Source of the DNA: Marsupella aquatica
Taxonomy: Eukaryota > Plantae > Marchantiophyta
Direction: 5' to 3'
DNA: 64,000 nucleotides
NCBI GenBank assembly: GCA_973895155.1
Contig: OZ316897.1
Coordinates: forward strand, 3,254,111-3,318,110
A program made the position numbers and the translations under genes. Under the pieces are notes generated by a model that worked only from the letters and a program-made list of their open reading frames with translations, had not been told where the DNA came from and made no database searches. Of the stretch, positions 36,001-47,599 are shown piece after piece. Numbering within the stretch: position 1 is the first letter of the stretch; the number at the start of each line of letters is the position of its first letter.

Positions 36001-37481
36001 ATTGAAAAGCACCTGTAACTTGGAAGTAACCGGTAACAACGCTAAACAATCCGCAACAATTTTCATTTCCTCCATCTTCCCAGTATCGCAATCGATTCTG
36101 GACATGGTGTGATGACCCATCTCTTCCAGCTCCACGCCCAACTGATCCATGATTGAGATTACGGTGGGAGAGCTTTCTCTCGCGATGACCTGTCCACCCA
36201 AATCATAAACTCGGCCTGCATGCATGCAAACATAAGCCTTGACTCGTGAGACTAATATATTTCTTAATCCTTCAGTGGAATTTTGCATAAAGAAACGTAC
36301 TGTGTTAGCAAGGCCATTAAAAATGCAAAAACCGGGCTACCAACGAGAAACTGCAGGAGTTCAAATCGTTGGCTAGGTAACGATTAAGATAGAACAGCGA
36401 ACAAACTGAAGTACCGAACAACATTGAGAATCTTCCATATATCCGATTATTTTTTTACCATTTAAAATAGATTGCGAATCTCCTTTTAGATATCTCCTAT
36501 CCATTAGGACATATATGGGTAAGTAAGGTAGGCGAACGAGTCTGCGAGCTTCTACGCCAATCTCAACGTTCGTAGACTCACTTGACAACTCACGATGGAT
36601 AGACACAAGTGCTGCACAGGTCCATTACTCTGCATGTACAGTACTTGTTTCACAGTAGAACTGTATATCAGACATAACTGTGATTTGGAGGGAGTGTTCA
36701 GTGTTAGCAATTCTTCAAATGATGGACTACGGCAGGTTGGAAGGGATCGTCCAATTCAATGCAACAAGAGTCCTGTGTACGTGAAGATGTGGTCTTACAA
36801 CGTGCAGATTGATTACGCACTCTGGGGCAGCCCATCAACCCATGCCAGTTTGTGGTGATCTTTCAAATTATTAGAATTCGACCAAATCCGTAAAGCTCTG
36901 GCAGAAGCTTAGATGAGATGTTCAACAACCACCGAAATTCGGAGAGTACAATTTATCGACCGTCTCTCTAAGTAGGTTTTGCACGTTGTGGATGAGTCCA
37001 GGGAGGGCGAGGGATACTAAATCGCTCCACTGAAGGTGCTCTTCAAGTCTAGTAAAGTTTTCCATCACGCGGGACACAATCGCAAGGACCAGTCCATTTT
37101 GGCAGCTGTTCGTTGGTTCCAGTTTTACCCTCTTAGTGTCATTTAGATGAAATTTGGATAAGCCTGTAAATTATTTCCGGGTAGTCAGTCGAAACGTTCA
37201 ATGGAGGAGTGTTCAATGGGTAGAACGTTGCATATGATATCACCTAAACCCCCGTACGTAGGGAGAGAAGAGTGGATTGTACCTTCGATGAGCTCAGAGC
37301 CACACATGCCGCCGACTTTGTTGTGCTGCTCGAGCACCGTGACATTGTTGTAGCCCAACTTCACGAGTTGGTAGGCCGCCGACAGTCCGCTCGGCCCACC
37401 TCCAACCACGGCGATGCGAGTGCTCAGCTTCACTGCGGGATACAGCTCCTCCCGTTGATTGCTGCGTGCCGCGAAATCCAT
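23427..37481 (-). CDS. Giant multidomain NRPS-like protein (~2,618 aa if the frameshift is corrected): FAD-dependent PUFA-isomerase-like domain + fatty acyl-AMP ligase + carrier protein + 3x (TM + left-handed beta-helix) Pls-type modules with an inserted catalase-related haem domain
   Basis: Hand-built exons, all GT-AG with consistent phases: 37481-37283, 36215-36013, 35761-35278, 34932-34576, 33646-33480, 33291-32935, 32738-32342, 32171-31762, 31598-31222, 30601-30243, 30053-29662, 29406-28900, 28677-28018, 27789-27380, 26581-26298, 26098-25851, 25592-25300, 25180-23427. Total is 7858 nt = 3n+1, explained by one extra base at 24732-24735. ATG at 37481 (MDFAARSNQ), TGA at 23429-23427. Confidence 0.9.
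24350..25540 (-). other. Domain 6 (exons 17-18): catalase-related haem domain (allene oxide synthase/HPL-like mini-catalase fold)
   Basis: RYIHFLGSAGKG (distal His codon 25445-25443), YPIILRCSNG, EVRGGTLRL, LDLFMKTG, YVKFKIRP, FILQLQL, EDPTKVWD, FNP, GRSIMH at the proximal RxxxY position. Confidence 0.75.
25930..28920 (-). other. Domains 4-5 (exons 12-16): two tandem TM-helix + hexapeptide left-handed beta-helix modules (Pls/NRPS terminal-domain type)
   Basis: Hydrophobic helices followed by YWYRSLGAEIDESV..DPALLSVGSGAVIGEGATI..IRIGRGCVVGPHAVVQRGS, and again by VYLRSLGANVG..DPDLLDLGEECHMG..VRIGARSVVGAQSVVMPGA. Confidence 0.8.
29150..29390 (-). other. Domain 3 (exon 12): phosphopantetheine carrier (ACP/T) domain
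   Basis: EQITSFLIQLVAEMTG...ESFENYSIDSQGTVAAASKLSEFLG...IYTTGCIPELADF. The putative attachment Ser codon is at 29274-29272, directly after the FAAL domain. Confidence 0.8.
29780..33240 (-). other. Domain 2 (exons 6-11): fatty acyl-AMP ligase (FAAL) adenylation domain
   Basis: PGDRVVLLHPPGLEFIEAFLACL, AVPLIPP, FLQFTSGSTGHAKGV (P-loop), SWLPQYHDMGLIGG, APNFG, VGAEPI, PGFGMAE, RSGDLG, VTGRIKDLIIVNGRNYYPSDFE, IPKTTSGKIRR. The HDMGL and APNF motifs are typical of the FAAL subfamily. Confidence 0.9.
33480..37481 (-). other. Domain 1 (exons 1-5): FAD-dependent oxidoreductase of the amine-oxidase fold, polyunsaturated fatty acid isomerase-like
   Basis: RIAVVGGGPSGLSAA dinucleotide-binding motif, LEQHNKVGG, YDLGGQVI, FTASGYGYPQDMPYAY, WRYFPHIRSPDMKAGFYDKLEELQGKNNTYFTGALMAF. 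Confidence 0.8.
34430..34520. repeat. ~45-bp tandem duplication in intron 4 of the giant gene
   Basis: cttcattaacgtcaagcagat..ctgtccat(c/g)gatcccacagc occurs twice. Confidence 0.8.
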
Positions 37482-38640
37482 GGCCCGAAGATGCTGCAGT
37501 ACGCCCTTCGAGCCCTGTCTACCATACAAAAAACAGCAATCTACAACTACGCTGCAAACTAGCGTCTTAATAATGCATGCCTGACATGCCCAATGCAGAG
37601 AAATGCAGATGGAGCAAGAGCGCCTTAGTATATATATACACATATCCAGAGAATTGTGAACAACGAGTTCTCACGAGAGTGTAGCTCTAAACTATACGGA
37701 GCAGCTGCCTATACAGCAGCCATCGTTCACCCGATCAGACTTCACCCACTGGCTGCGCAGCCTCAACTATGCAAAGGGAAGCTGCGATTTGCCCATTTTA
37801 TTCGTTTGCTACACGCATACTAAATCATATAGGGGCATGTCTATGAGGAAACACTTTCCCCCTCTGTCATTGCTCGGCAGGCAGGTATCCAGTCAGACTG
37901 GTACTGTGCTTGATCGACTTATTACTTTCATCCGGGGCAAATCCAGCAAAGATAGTAACACTTAGCCACTAAAGAGATGTTCTTATTGACAATAGTGCCA
38001 ATTTGTTTTGTATATTTATAAATATGCCTATAAATTTGTCAAGGTTTTGTATGTGAATGATAAAAATATTGACAATATTGTAAATTCAACATATCTTTGG
38101 TGACAATGTACTTATTGGTGACAATGCACTTCCAAATTTAGAACATAAACTAAGAAAACAACAGGCAAAGATAGTAAATGGCATTTGCTTGGTTGTTCCC
38201 CCTTGATTGGTATGTTGTCAGAGGACTATTCATAGAGTTACAATAGACCAACCAGATCATCTTCACATAATTATATCAAGGTGTCAAAGAACCAAAAAAA
38301 GCCAACCCTAGACTCAAGATCCCAAAGGCAGGGAAACCATAATCTAAGACAAGGAAATCATAAATCATAATTACATGTTCTTTGTAGTTTCCTCGTTTGT
38401 TTTATTATCATCATAGTGTGCGGTACTGCGGTAGCGATAAAATGATACTTGGAATATAATGACAAACAAGACAAAACCTCTTTTTGCTAACACGTTGGTG
38501 TCAATATGAGTGTTATTTGTGTAAGTTGATGCCAAAAATAGCTACGTGGATCGGTGGAAACCTTGCATGAGTGCTACAAATAAGCTGACACCATTCTCTA
38601 GAAACAATTAATTAGTTTGTGTACCTTTAGTTGTTCTTAA

Positions 38641-38740
38641 AAGTTCAGTGACGGGTCCTTGACATATGTCAATGTACAATGATGTTTTCAAAGTTCAGTG
38701 ACGGGTCCTTGACATATGTCAATGTACAATGATGTTTTCA
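38641..38740. repeat. Perfect 50-bp tandem duplication
   Basis: aagttcagtgacgggtccttgacatatgtcaatgtacaatgatgttttca x2. Confidence 0.95.
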
Positions 38741-39177
38741 ACAAAAAAACAAACATAACCCCTGGAAACCAATGTACAATGCTATTTTCAGCAAAAAATA
38801 TACACTACTGGTTAATGATGGTACTCAAGCTTTCCAATGACCTAACATTAACAGATTTGTTGTCACTAAATGGGATGATGTGGACACATGTGATGCTAGG
38901 GATTTGAAGAGAAATTTGCATGGGGTCAATATAATAACTACCCGTAGAGACAATTTAAGTTAAGTTCCATGAACTTCAAGTAGAGAATATTGATTCCTTT
39001 TAAACCACCACTGGGCCATCTAAAATGAGTGTCCAAACTTTCTCACTTTTCACATTGCTCTCCTCCACTGTGAGACTTTGCTCCACAATTTGGGAGAAAG
39101 TACTAAAAATGATCAATCTGGGGGACCACATTTTTGTCTTGGCTAGTGGCGGTTTAAACTAGTCCGTGGGTCCAGCT

Positions 39178-39625
39178 TAATTTTTTTACGCATTGGTAGC
39201 CCAATTGGTAGTATTATATTTGTTTGTTTTTATTGGCTCGTTTTCCTAGTCATCAAGCCTACCAAAACTCTCAATCTCTGAACCCTAAGTTCAATAAAAC
39301 ATCCCTATGTGCAAGCCTATGTGTTCTCCCACAAAACTTTGGAAGTTTTTTGTCACACCCACTTAAATGGGCCTATACTTCCTCGCACGTAATATGCCAC
39401 TTCCGTGGAAGTGACCTCCCCGACCTCAATTTTTTTACGCATCGGTAATATAATATTTGTTTGCTTTTATTGGCTCGTTTTCCTAGTCATCAAGCCTACC
39501 AAAACTCTCAATCTCTTAACCCTATGTTCAATAAAACATCCCTTATGTGTTCTTCCATTTTGTCACACTCATTTAAATGGGCCTATACTTCCTCGCACGT
39601 GATATGCCACTTCCGTGGAAGTGAG
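39178..39625. repeat. ~200-250-bp imperfect direct repeat pair
   Basis: ttttattggctcgttttcctagtcatcaagcctaccaaaactctcaatctct..aaatgggcctatacttcctcgcacgt.atatgccacttccgtggaagtga occurs twice. Confidence 0.9.
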
Positions 39626-42600
39626 CCGCTGCCCCCCCCCCCCCCCACAGGCAAAAACTGATCTCTTACAAAACTTAACGGGAAGCTAAATCAAGCATGG
39701 ACTCTATCTATACTTTCAAACTTAATTTTCACGTACATGTTATTCATCATAATAATTGATCAAAAAATTTCAAATTTATAGCATTATCATAGTTGGATGT
39801 GAGAATACTAGTATGTTAATATTTTACCACAACACCTAAAGCTTCTTATTTGAAGAATCACAAGAATAATGAGAGATTTTCTCCAATCTTGACCAAAATG
39901 TAATGTTAGGATTTACTCTTAGGTCTAGAGTTACAACTGTACCATAGTTAAGGCTAACCTTAGTTGCAGACTTGGTTAGGTTAGTCATGCTATGCACACT
40001 CTATAACCAAGCGGTGTTTGCTTGGAGAGTAGGAACTCAGGCTCATTGTTATGGAGCTAGTTGAGAGATGGAGAGAGCTTGCGCTGTGGATGCTTGGTAT
40101 GGCTGGTCGGCCTAGAGCGCAGTAAAGCTCATGTGTGTTCCCATGGATGTAGCCTCATGTGGAGGTGAACCACGTATCTCTCTGTGTCGACTCTTGTGCG
40201 TTGGATGGTTCATGGGCTTGCCGTTGCGATTGTCGTCTATGCTCAACAAAACATTAGTAGTTTGCATTCTATTTGTAGAAAGCACTGCTCTTGGTAGGTT
40301 CATGTGCCTTCTATAATTTTGTTTCATATTGTTAGGGTTATCTTAGCAGATTACATATTAAGAAAGTGAAATTTGCCCTTTGCTGGATTCCAAAAATGAG
40401 GAAGTTAGCTCTTAGTACCAAAAGTTATTCACTTAAGTTGATTATCAATTGGGTACAGGGCAGCTATCACTTCCTGCTCAACACAATCAAGGAATAACAT
40501 GCTCCCTTGACTATAACCTGCCTGCATCTGCTCTTTCCACATCATCTTTGCAATCTAAAAGTTACTGACAAATTAGTAGACCAATATGCTTAGACTTTGG
40601 TTTGTAGTTTTTGGATAGTAACTAAGTCCAAATAAACCGTTTATATGGTGCATCTATGGTACATCTATGTTTTGATACGAATTAGTGTACCATTTCTTTA
40701 GTTACTATTTTAGCTTTATGGGGTTCTGACTCCCAGGGTTCTTTGTCAATTGTGAAGCACTTTTTAATTGGGCTTAGTTTTGCTACTAGCACTCCCAACC
40801 CACCGCATCCAAGGCAAAGATCCAAAAAGTGTGTTCTAAATGTGATTCAAAGCTGATGGACTGGCCAAACTCAAGTCATCACCTCACTATATTTACTCTT
40901 TCAAAGCAAAATTAACAAAACTACCACCTAGTTTCTAAGAAGCAGGATGCCCTGCAGACTACTTGGAAGTGGTCTAAGCAAATCCATGGACAGGACACGC
41001 CGCATAGAATTCTCAAATATATGGACGGTAGAATGGGTGCCCCTCCATGCAAATAGTTGATTGAGGTGGGATTTGAAAATCAGTACACCCTCACCATGGA
41101 CCAGATTTTCAGGGCCCCATGATATATATATATCATGGGGCAAGTACTTCAACGTCCTACTACTCAAGTTATATAAGTAAGGGAAAAGAACCCAAAAATA
41201 CAAATCTAAACTAAGAGATTCATGGAAACTCTGGGAATCTATAAAATCTAACTCCAGAAGTGACTGAATGTTGGTCTTGTCTTGGAAGTCTTATCTCCAA
41301 ATTAATTATTAAAGCATTTGTCTTTGAAATGTGGCTCCCTGGCTCCCTTGATTGTTTCAATTGATTGTCGTTGGGGTGCTTAACTCTCCAAATAGTTATG
41401 CACAAACTGAATTAGTATTCCCCTTACTCTCCAAGTAGTGTTATGAACAACTGAATTAGTATTACACTAATGTTATGCATGAGCTATTAGTGTTAGTCCC
41501 TAAAGTTAATTAACCGTACGTACACCCAAGAATTGTAGGCTACACAAATAGCGTTACCAAGACTAATTGTGATGAGCATTGTAGAGTGGAGCTATGGACT
41601 AGGCATGTTTTTCTTGTTACTTTTAAAATAGTAGCCAAGGTGACACGTACATTACATCAGGTTGTTCTCGTTTTTAAACATTCATTAGCCAAGGTGACGA
41701 CTTTTACTGTCAATTACAGAGTACTACTTTTTGAATAGTAGCCAAGGTGACTACTTTTACTGTCAATTAGAGACGACTCTGACAATTGTAGAGTACTCAA
41801 TACAAAATGAAACAGGTTTAATTTTTTTTTAAATAGCATGAGTGTCATTTGCCTGAATGTATAATTACAAAATGATTGCAGGAGTTTTGCTCTTGAAAAT
41901 TCACAAAATAATTTTCATCTGGTCGCTGTCTAAAATATGAAAAAATTAATCACCTCCTTATTCCTTGTAGTCCTAAAGCAATAGGGGAGTCCCTTGCTTT
42001 TTGGCTCGTTGCTTTGCTGAGGTTTTTCCGTGTGTTCTCCTTTCGACCTGGTCTCTGGCCTGTGTGACCCTGTTTCCAGGTTTCTGGAGCTTTGTGTTCA
42101 CTTGGCCCCTTTTTGGTATTTGGCAGTATGGTATAGTTTGAGAGTTTTTCCCTTGTGTTTCCCTTGGGTCTCTGGCAGGCCTCTGAGATCCTGGCGCTCT
42201 TTGTTTATTGGGTCTCTGGCCTGTGGGATATTGTCACCACGTGTTTTGGAGCTTTCTGGTTTTGGCAATGTGATATATAATTGTAAGTGTTCTTCCCTTG
42301 TGGTCTCCCATTTTATTGGGTCTTTGGCTTATGGGATCCTGTGGTCAGCTTATGGCGCTTTGGTCGTTGGCAGTGTGATATAGAATTCGAATGTTGGACA
42401 CAATAATAATTCATCCACAAAATTGGGAGTCCACAGTGCTGGAATTGTCAACAGCATGGACCAGCTAGGATGAACCTAGGACTTCCAGTGTACATCATAG
42501 TGCTCTACCACTGAGAGTGTACATCATAGTGCTCTACCACTAAGCCACAGGCCGCTCATTTCCAACACACGGGACTTGCTGGCTCCACTCCATGAATCGC

Positions 42601-45277
42601 GATCTGCAATTCCTGGAGCACCGTCTGAGAAAGTGAAGGTTGTCGATGGGGCCTCGCCTCACCATATTTGTCCTTCCTATAGTCAATCGAAATAAAGGGC
42701 AGATGCTGGGGGAGGCGGTGGGTTCGCAGGGAGGCTCAACAAAGTATGATTTAAACTGAACACGAACTGCTTAGAGCCACGGAAGCTGTCCAGAGCTGAT
42801 TGTTGCTACGTTAGACCTTGATTACCCACACCATTCTCCCATTGCTGCTGTTGAACTGTTCAAGAAGTAATAAGCTGGCAAGATCTGAATGTACATGAGC
42901 GTTCAACACTAGAAACTTGGTTCACCGATCAGGGCCCGAAAGTTTTACTAACTGCAAGTTATATTCTCTTTGTCGGAAAACTTATTCAATCGATCTCTTG
43001 CAATGTTCAACATTACTGATTGCAATCATCAAACCTCGATTCTCATTCGTTGTCTTGCCTGAAATATCACCAAGTGAACTGTAACCTTTGAAATCCTTAT
43101 GACGACAGTACGATCTCTCCAGTCTCCACCGTGCAGGCTCAGAGACATGCACTCTGGATGAGACTAAAACCTGTCCACTGGAAAAGTTAAATCTCAGGCT
43201 GCGAGTCCCATCAGAACATTCCATGTGTCATCCTGCCTTGCGCGCTCTTACCCATGATCAATATGCAAACAGCTGCTCCAGACGCTGCCACCCACCCAAT
43301 TGTAGCTCCATTGAAGATCGACCTGCCTGATTCCATTACTGGATGGACGGACTGGTCTACTGTAGGTGGGAGAGGAGGCACAACCACAGCCATGGCCTGC
43401 TTCCCCGGAATCTTGACTGCCATCCACCCGGCCTGGCCCACTTTCTCGCCTCGGAGGAAAACCTACCTCAGGATAGCATCTTCCGGCCGTTCATCTATAT
43501 ATGAGTTACGTAGAACACACACAAAAGGTGGGAAGCAGGAATATACTCACTTTACATTGGGAAATTTTTGTCGTTCGAGAAAAGATTACAATGTCCGTGA
43601 TAAAGCTGGCCGGGGTCAAGCTTTGCAATTATTGTTGTCATAACAGTTTCAGTCACGTGCTTGACCAGAATAACCTTAGTTTGCGGAAATTTAGACTTAG
43701 TGCAGCGTATAAGTTGAATGCATGATCATTCCCTTTCAAACTCTATAATGTAACTACTGCACATGCATTGAGATTTACTGGTGAGATTATCTAATTAATC
43801 ATAACCACTATTCTAAAATTCACTAGACGAGCTGTGATAAAATTTACTCGCAAACAAACTCATGGGTTCTTCTAGTCGTCGAAGCCTATCAGTACATACA
43901 ACCCAGTCTCATCTCGCTGGAATTTTCTTCGCCAAGAACTCAACCCTGACTGCTGAGGCTCGTCATCAACCGAAGTACGAACCACCTGTACATACCTGCG
44001 CATGGCAGATCGGATACATTCACAAATTGCTCATTTAATTTCGGGGGAAGAAACAGCACGTTTCGTCTTTGTTTACCGGCGGTGTAGATGCTGGCTGTTA
44101 CGACTTTCAACGCAGTATTTGTTTTTTCTGGTGAATGTTAAGTTCCATGATCCCCGAAGCTCCAATTGATGACTAACACGACAATCGTGACAGGGAATTT
44201 AGTTTTATATTAAAGTATCTTAAATTTATGTCAGTGCGTGCATCTAGTTGCAATTACACATGCCTTTGTCGTCTTGGAGCCGGGTAGCTGTTGCGTACTA
44301 CTCTTGTCCCATCCCCAAGCCTGATCAATTTTTCATGTAAAGCAAAGCTTTGCTCTGGCAGTACTACTGCCGACCTTGCATTTGATCTGCCGTTGTTTCG
44401 CGTCCTGCCTTCATGTGTATCTCGTGCTAGATGTTGATTTCTAAAAAGTGTAAGTTTTGTCAACATTTCTAATCATCTACCAGACTACTCCAAGTAATTG
44501 GACTTGAAGGATCTATTATTGATTTGCGAAGGGACGGTACGTAACCTGACCTGTACTGGAATGGATGTGTTCTGTAAAGAGAATTATTACTGAGTGGACT
44601 AGTGGAGAGCAGAACGGCCAGACAAGCTAAGGTCGTAAATATGCAATCCAATGTGCAGGTTCCATTTTACAGAAAGAACAGTTTCTCATGTGGTGATCGT
44701 TTGAATGGGATCGTACAATGTCCAACGATCGTAAGGGTGCATGATAAACACGATAGCTACAGTAGAACACACTTCGCAGAACGCAGTGAACCGCCAACGG
44801 TGTTCAGTTTGCACTACAAGGTTTTCAACAGGAATACAAATAAGAACGAGTCCCCGTCAAACAAATATTCAATATACATACTTAGTTATGGTGAAATAGA
44901 AAGTCAAGAGACAAATATCAAGCTAAGAGTTAAAACAAAACATCATGTTAAACGGCTTAGGCGGATCAAATATGTTATGCGCCCTTGGGATAATTGCAAG
45001 AATGCGCCCTTGGGATAGTTGTAATAATTATATAAAAACAAAAAATAGAAACCATCCTTGCCATGCTGGTAAAAGAAAAAAGAAAAAACAGTGTTACCTA
45101 CATAATTGTCAGGTTATTCTTCACTTTATGAAATATGGCTCATGTTGTTAGCCTTCGAAGAGAATGAACGCCACCTCATCTAAGAGAATGGCGTCGCTCG
45201 AATTTCACATCAAATTGTGACAACATATGGTGTTCTGTGTCACTCCATAGTTACCATGATACGCAACATTAATTTGT

Positions 45278-45418
45278 TGAACTGAGTGTTATTCTACATA
45301 CGTATGTATCTGGCTGTCTGTTTTTGATGTGTCTGTATCGCAAAATTATTTTCTTGAACTGAGTGTTATTCTACATACGTATGTATCTGGCTGATTGTTT
45401 TTGATGTGTCTGTATCGG
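45278..45418. repeat. 77-bp-period tandem duplication
   Basis: ttgaactgagtgttattctacatacgtatgtatctggctg..tgtttttgatgtgtctgtatcg occurs twice. Confidence 0.9.
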
Positions 45419-47577
45419 AATTACCGGGACTCAAGAGAATGCTCACAACACTAGGCTAGTCACATAAATATTGTTCCAATAATAATAAAAACCTTACTCC
45501 CAGGCTCTCCTTTCTAAAGTAGACAAAATTGAAAATTATCACTCGGCTATGTTTTAAAAAAAAAAGGACTAGATCTCTTGAACAATAATAAGAAAAGGAC
45601 CAGCAGCAGCGCATAAGCTGGGTAGAGATAGCTTGCTATCTGTATGTCTAAATAGAGAATAACATTTAGGCTTGTAGTCAGACCCAGCGAAAGGATCAAC
45701 GCTCTGCTTAATTCCTGAAATTTCCGCAGCCCACGGAAATTGAGATGGGCTGTCCCATGGTTCCCAGCTATATATGTCTAAGCTAAGTTAGTTTAATTTT
45801 CATACTATGGAGTGTCCATTTTGCATCCCTTGGTTAAGTCTTGAAAGGCTTCCGGCCATTCAATGCAAGCTTCATCGCGTTTGATTGAGTCATGGCTTGC
45901 CACATACGACTTCGTAGATGGGACGTTATGTCTAGCTTGCCACCTCAAGTACGTGTCAAGAGAAAGTTGGCATACACTGATATGGAATTCACCCGGGATC
46001 TCATTTATTCGGTTTCTTACAAGCTTCATAATAGACTACAGTACCAAATTTCATAAAAGGCTGCTGAATATTGACATCGGATGGATGATAACGATCCTCA
46101 GAAGTTTGTGCGAGTGAGAGCATGCCAGAACTCTTGCAGGAAAGGTGAGAAATTGAATGATAATGCGTCACAGTTTCATTGGAACGGCAAGTACAAGTAC
46201 AATAGATGTGAGAAACACATCAGAATTTAATCCCCGCTAAAAGGCGGAGGTGAAAACAACTAAGTAAGAGCTAAGTGCGAAACCGGGTGCGGAACAAGTG
46301 GAGACGCACCTGGCCGGTGCACCAGGTTTCACTCAAATCGGAAGATCAAAAAGAGAGGATAAACAACGGTTTGCATTCATTGTGTCAATTCTATTAGAAA
46401 AGGTACAAGATGGTAGGCCACCTAGTTCCAAGAACGGTTGGCGAGTTTCCAAATTAATGGGGTAACTTAGACTATTAGGTGGGCTATGGTACAAGTTGGC
46501 CCACCATCTCTTATAGGCCATTAGAGAATCATTAATAAGCACGAGGGAATCATAGAACTCTTGTTGTCTTGACCAGGCAGCAAAGGGGCTACCACTCGAG
46601 GCTGCCACTCAGTGTATAAACCCTTCGATATCTCAATGGAAAACACAGGAATTTAACATTGTTGAGCTCCTGGACTTCTAACAAACTCAACGTCAACCCA
46701 AATTTCATGATTAGGGTCGTCCATGCTCAAAGCTGATAGATCAGTGCATCAAGAAGCTGTATAGTATCGGTACAAGCTTTCAAACTACGAGCAGCCACAG
46801 AGAAAATATATTTCATGAGAAACTCACAAAACCTGTCAACAGCTTGTCGCCTCACTGTAGTTCTTTCCTGTATTTTGAATTGATTTCAGCATTCGTCGTC
46901 TAACGCCTATTGCTACAAGACTTGGATGTACAATGCGAGTAGTTTCTTCTCATATTACTTCAAACTGAAGTATCCGTTCAGACCTCCTCCTAGAAATGCA
47001 ATTTTTGCTGGAAGGAATATTTTTATAAAAAAAATTCCGGGGGGAACCAGTGCCGTCCACCACAGGAGAAATGCAAGCCAAGAAACACAAGATGAACAAA
47101 TGCAATTTTGCATTCAGTTGGTGTCAACTAGATCGGCAACGCCGTCTTTCTCGCACAGCTGTTTAAGTATAAGAATATATTTTATAACAACAAATGTGGG
47201 GAGAGAAATATGAATGTACTAATTTGGCGGGTAATTTGGTCACCCTAGCTAGCAAGTCAAGTACTCCTCAAGGATATTTCTTCATATGCTCAACGGAAAT
47301 CAAAAGGTAATCCGGGAGCTTGGCATGCCAGCAAATATGTAGCCATACTGATGACAACCACTGTCTAGTAGGATTGGGCAAAAAAGCTGATCGAACGTGA
47401 TCCGTTGCAATAATACTCCCCAGGCAGACAGGACTGTTTTCCATTTCCCCTTTCTCTATGGGTGTGCTCCCCCTCTCAGCCCCCTTAATTCGTTTTTTCT
47501 GCTGCCTTCCCCCTCCAGGCAGTTTGTATTGTTTTGGTTCATGGGAATAAAGTTTCACGGGCTCGTACCGTTAAAAG

Positions 47578-47599
47578 AATAATAATAATAATAATAATA
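47578..47599. repeat. (AAT)n microsatellite
   Basis: About 7 consecutive AAT units. Confidence 0.9.

Noticed and set aside
37185-37643. Reading the N-terminal domain as a stand-alone protoporphyrinogen oxidase gene
   Set aside because: Exon 5 splices in phase 0 into the FAAL exon (33480 to 33291) with no stop codon, and downstream motifs fit the fatty-acid isomerase type better.
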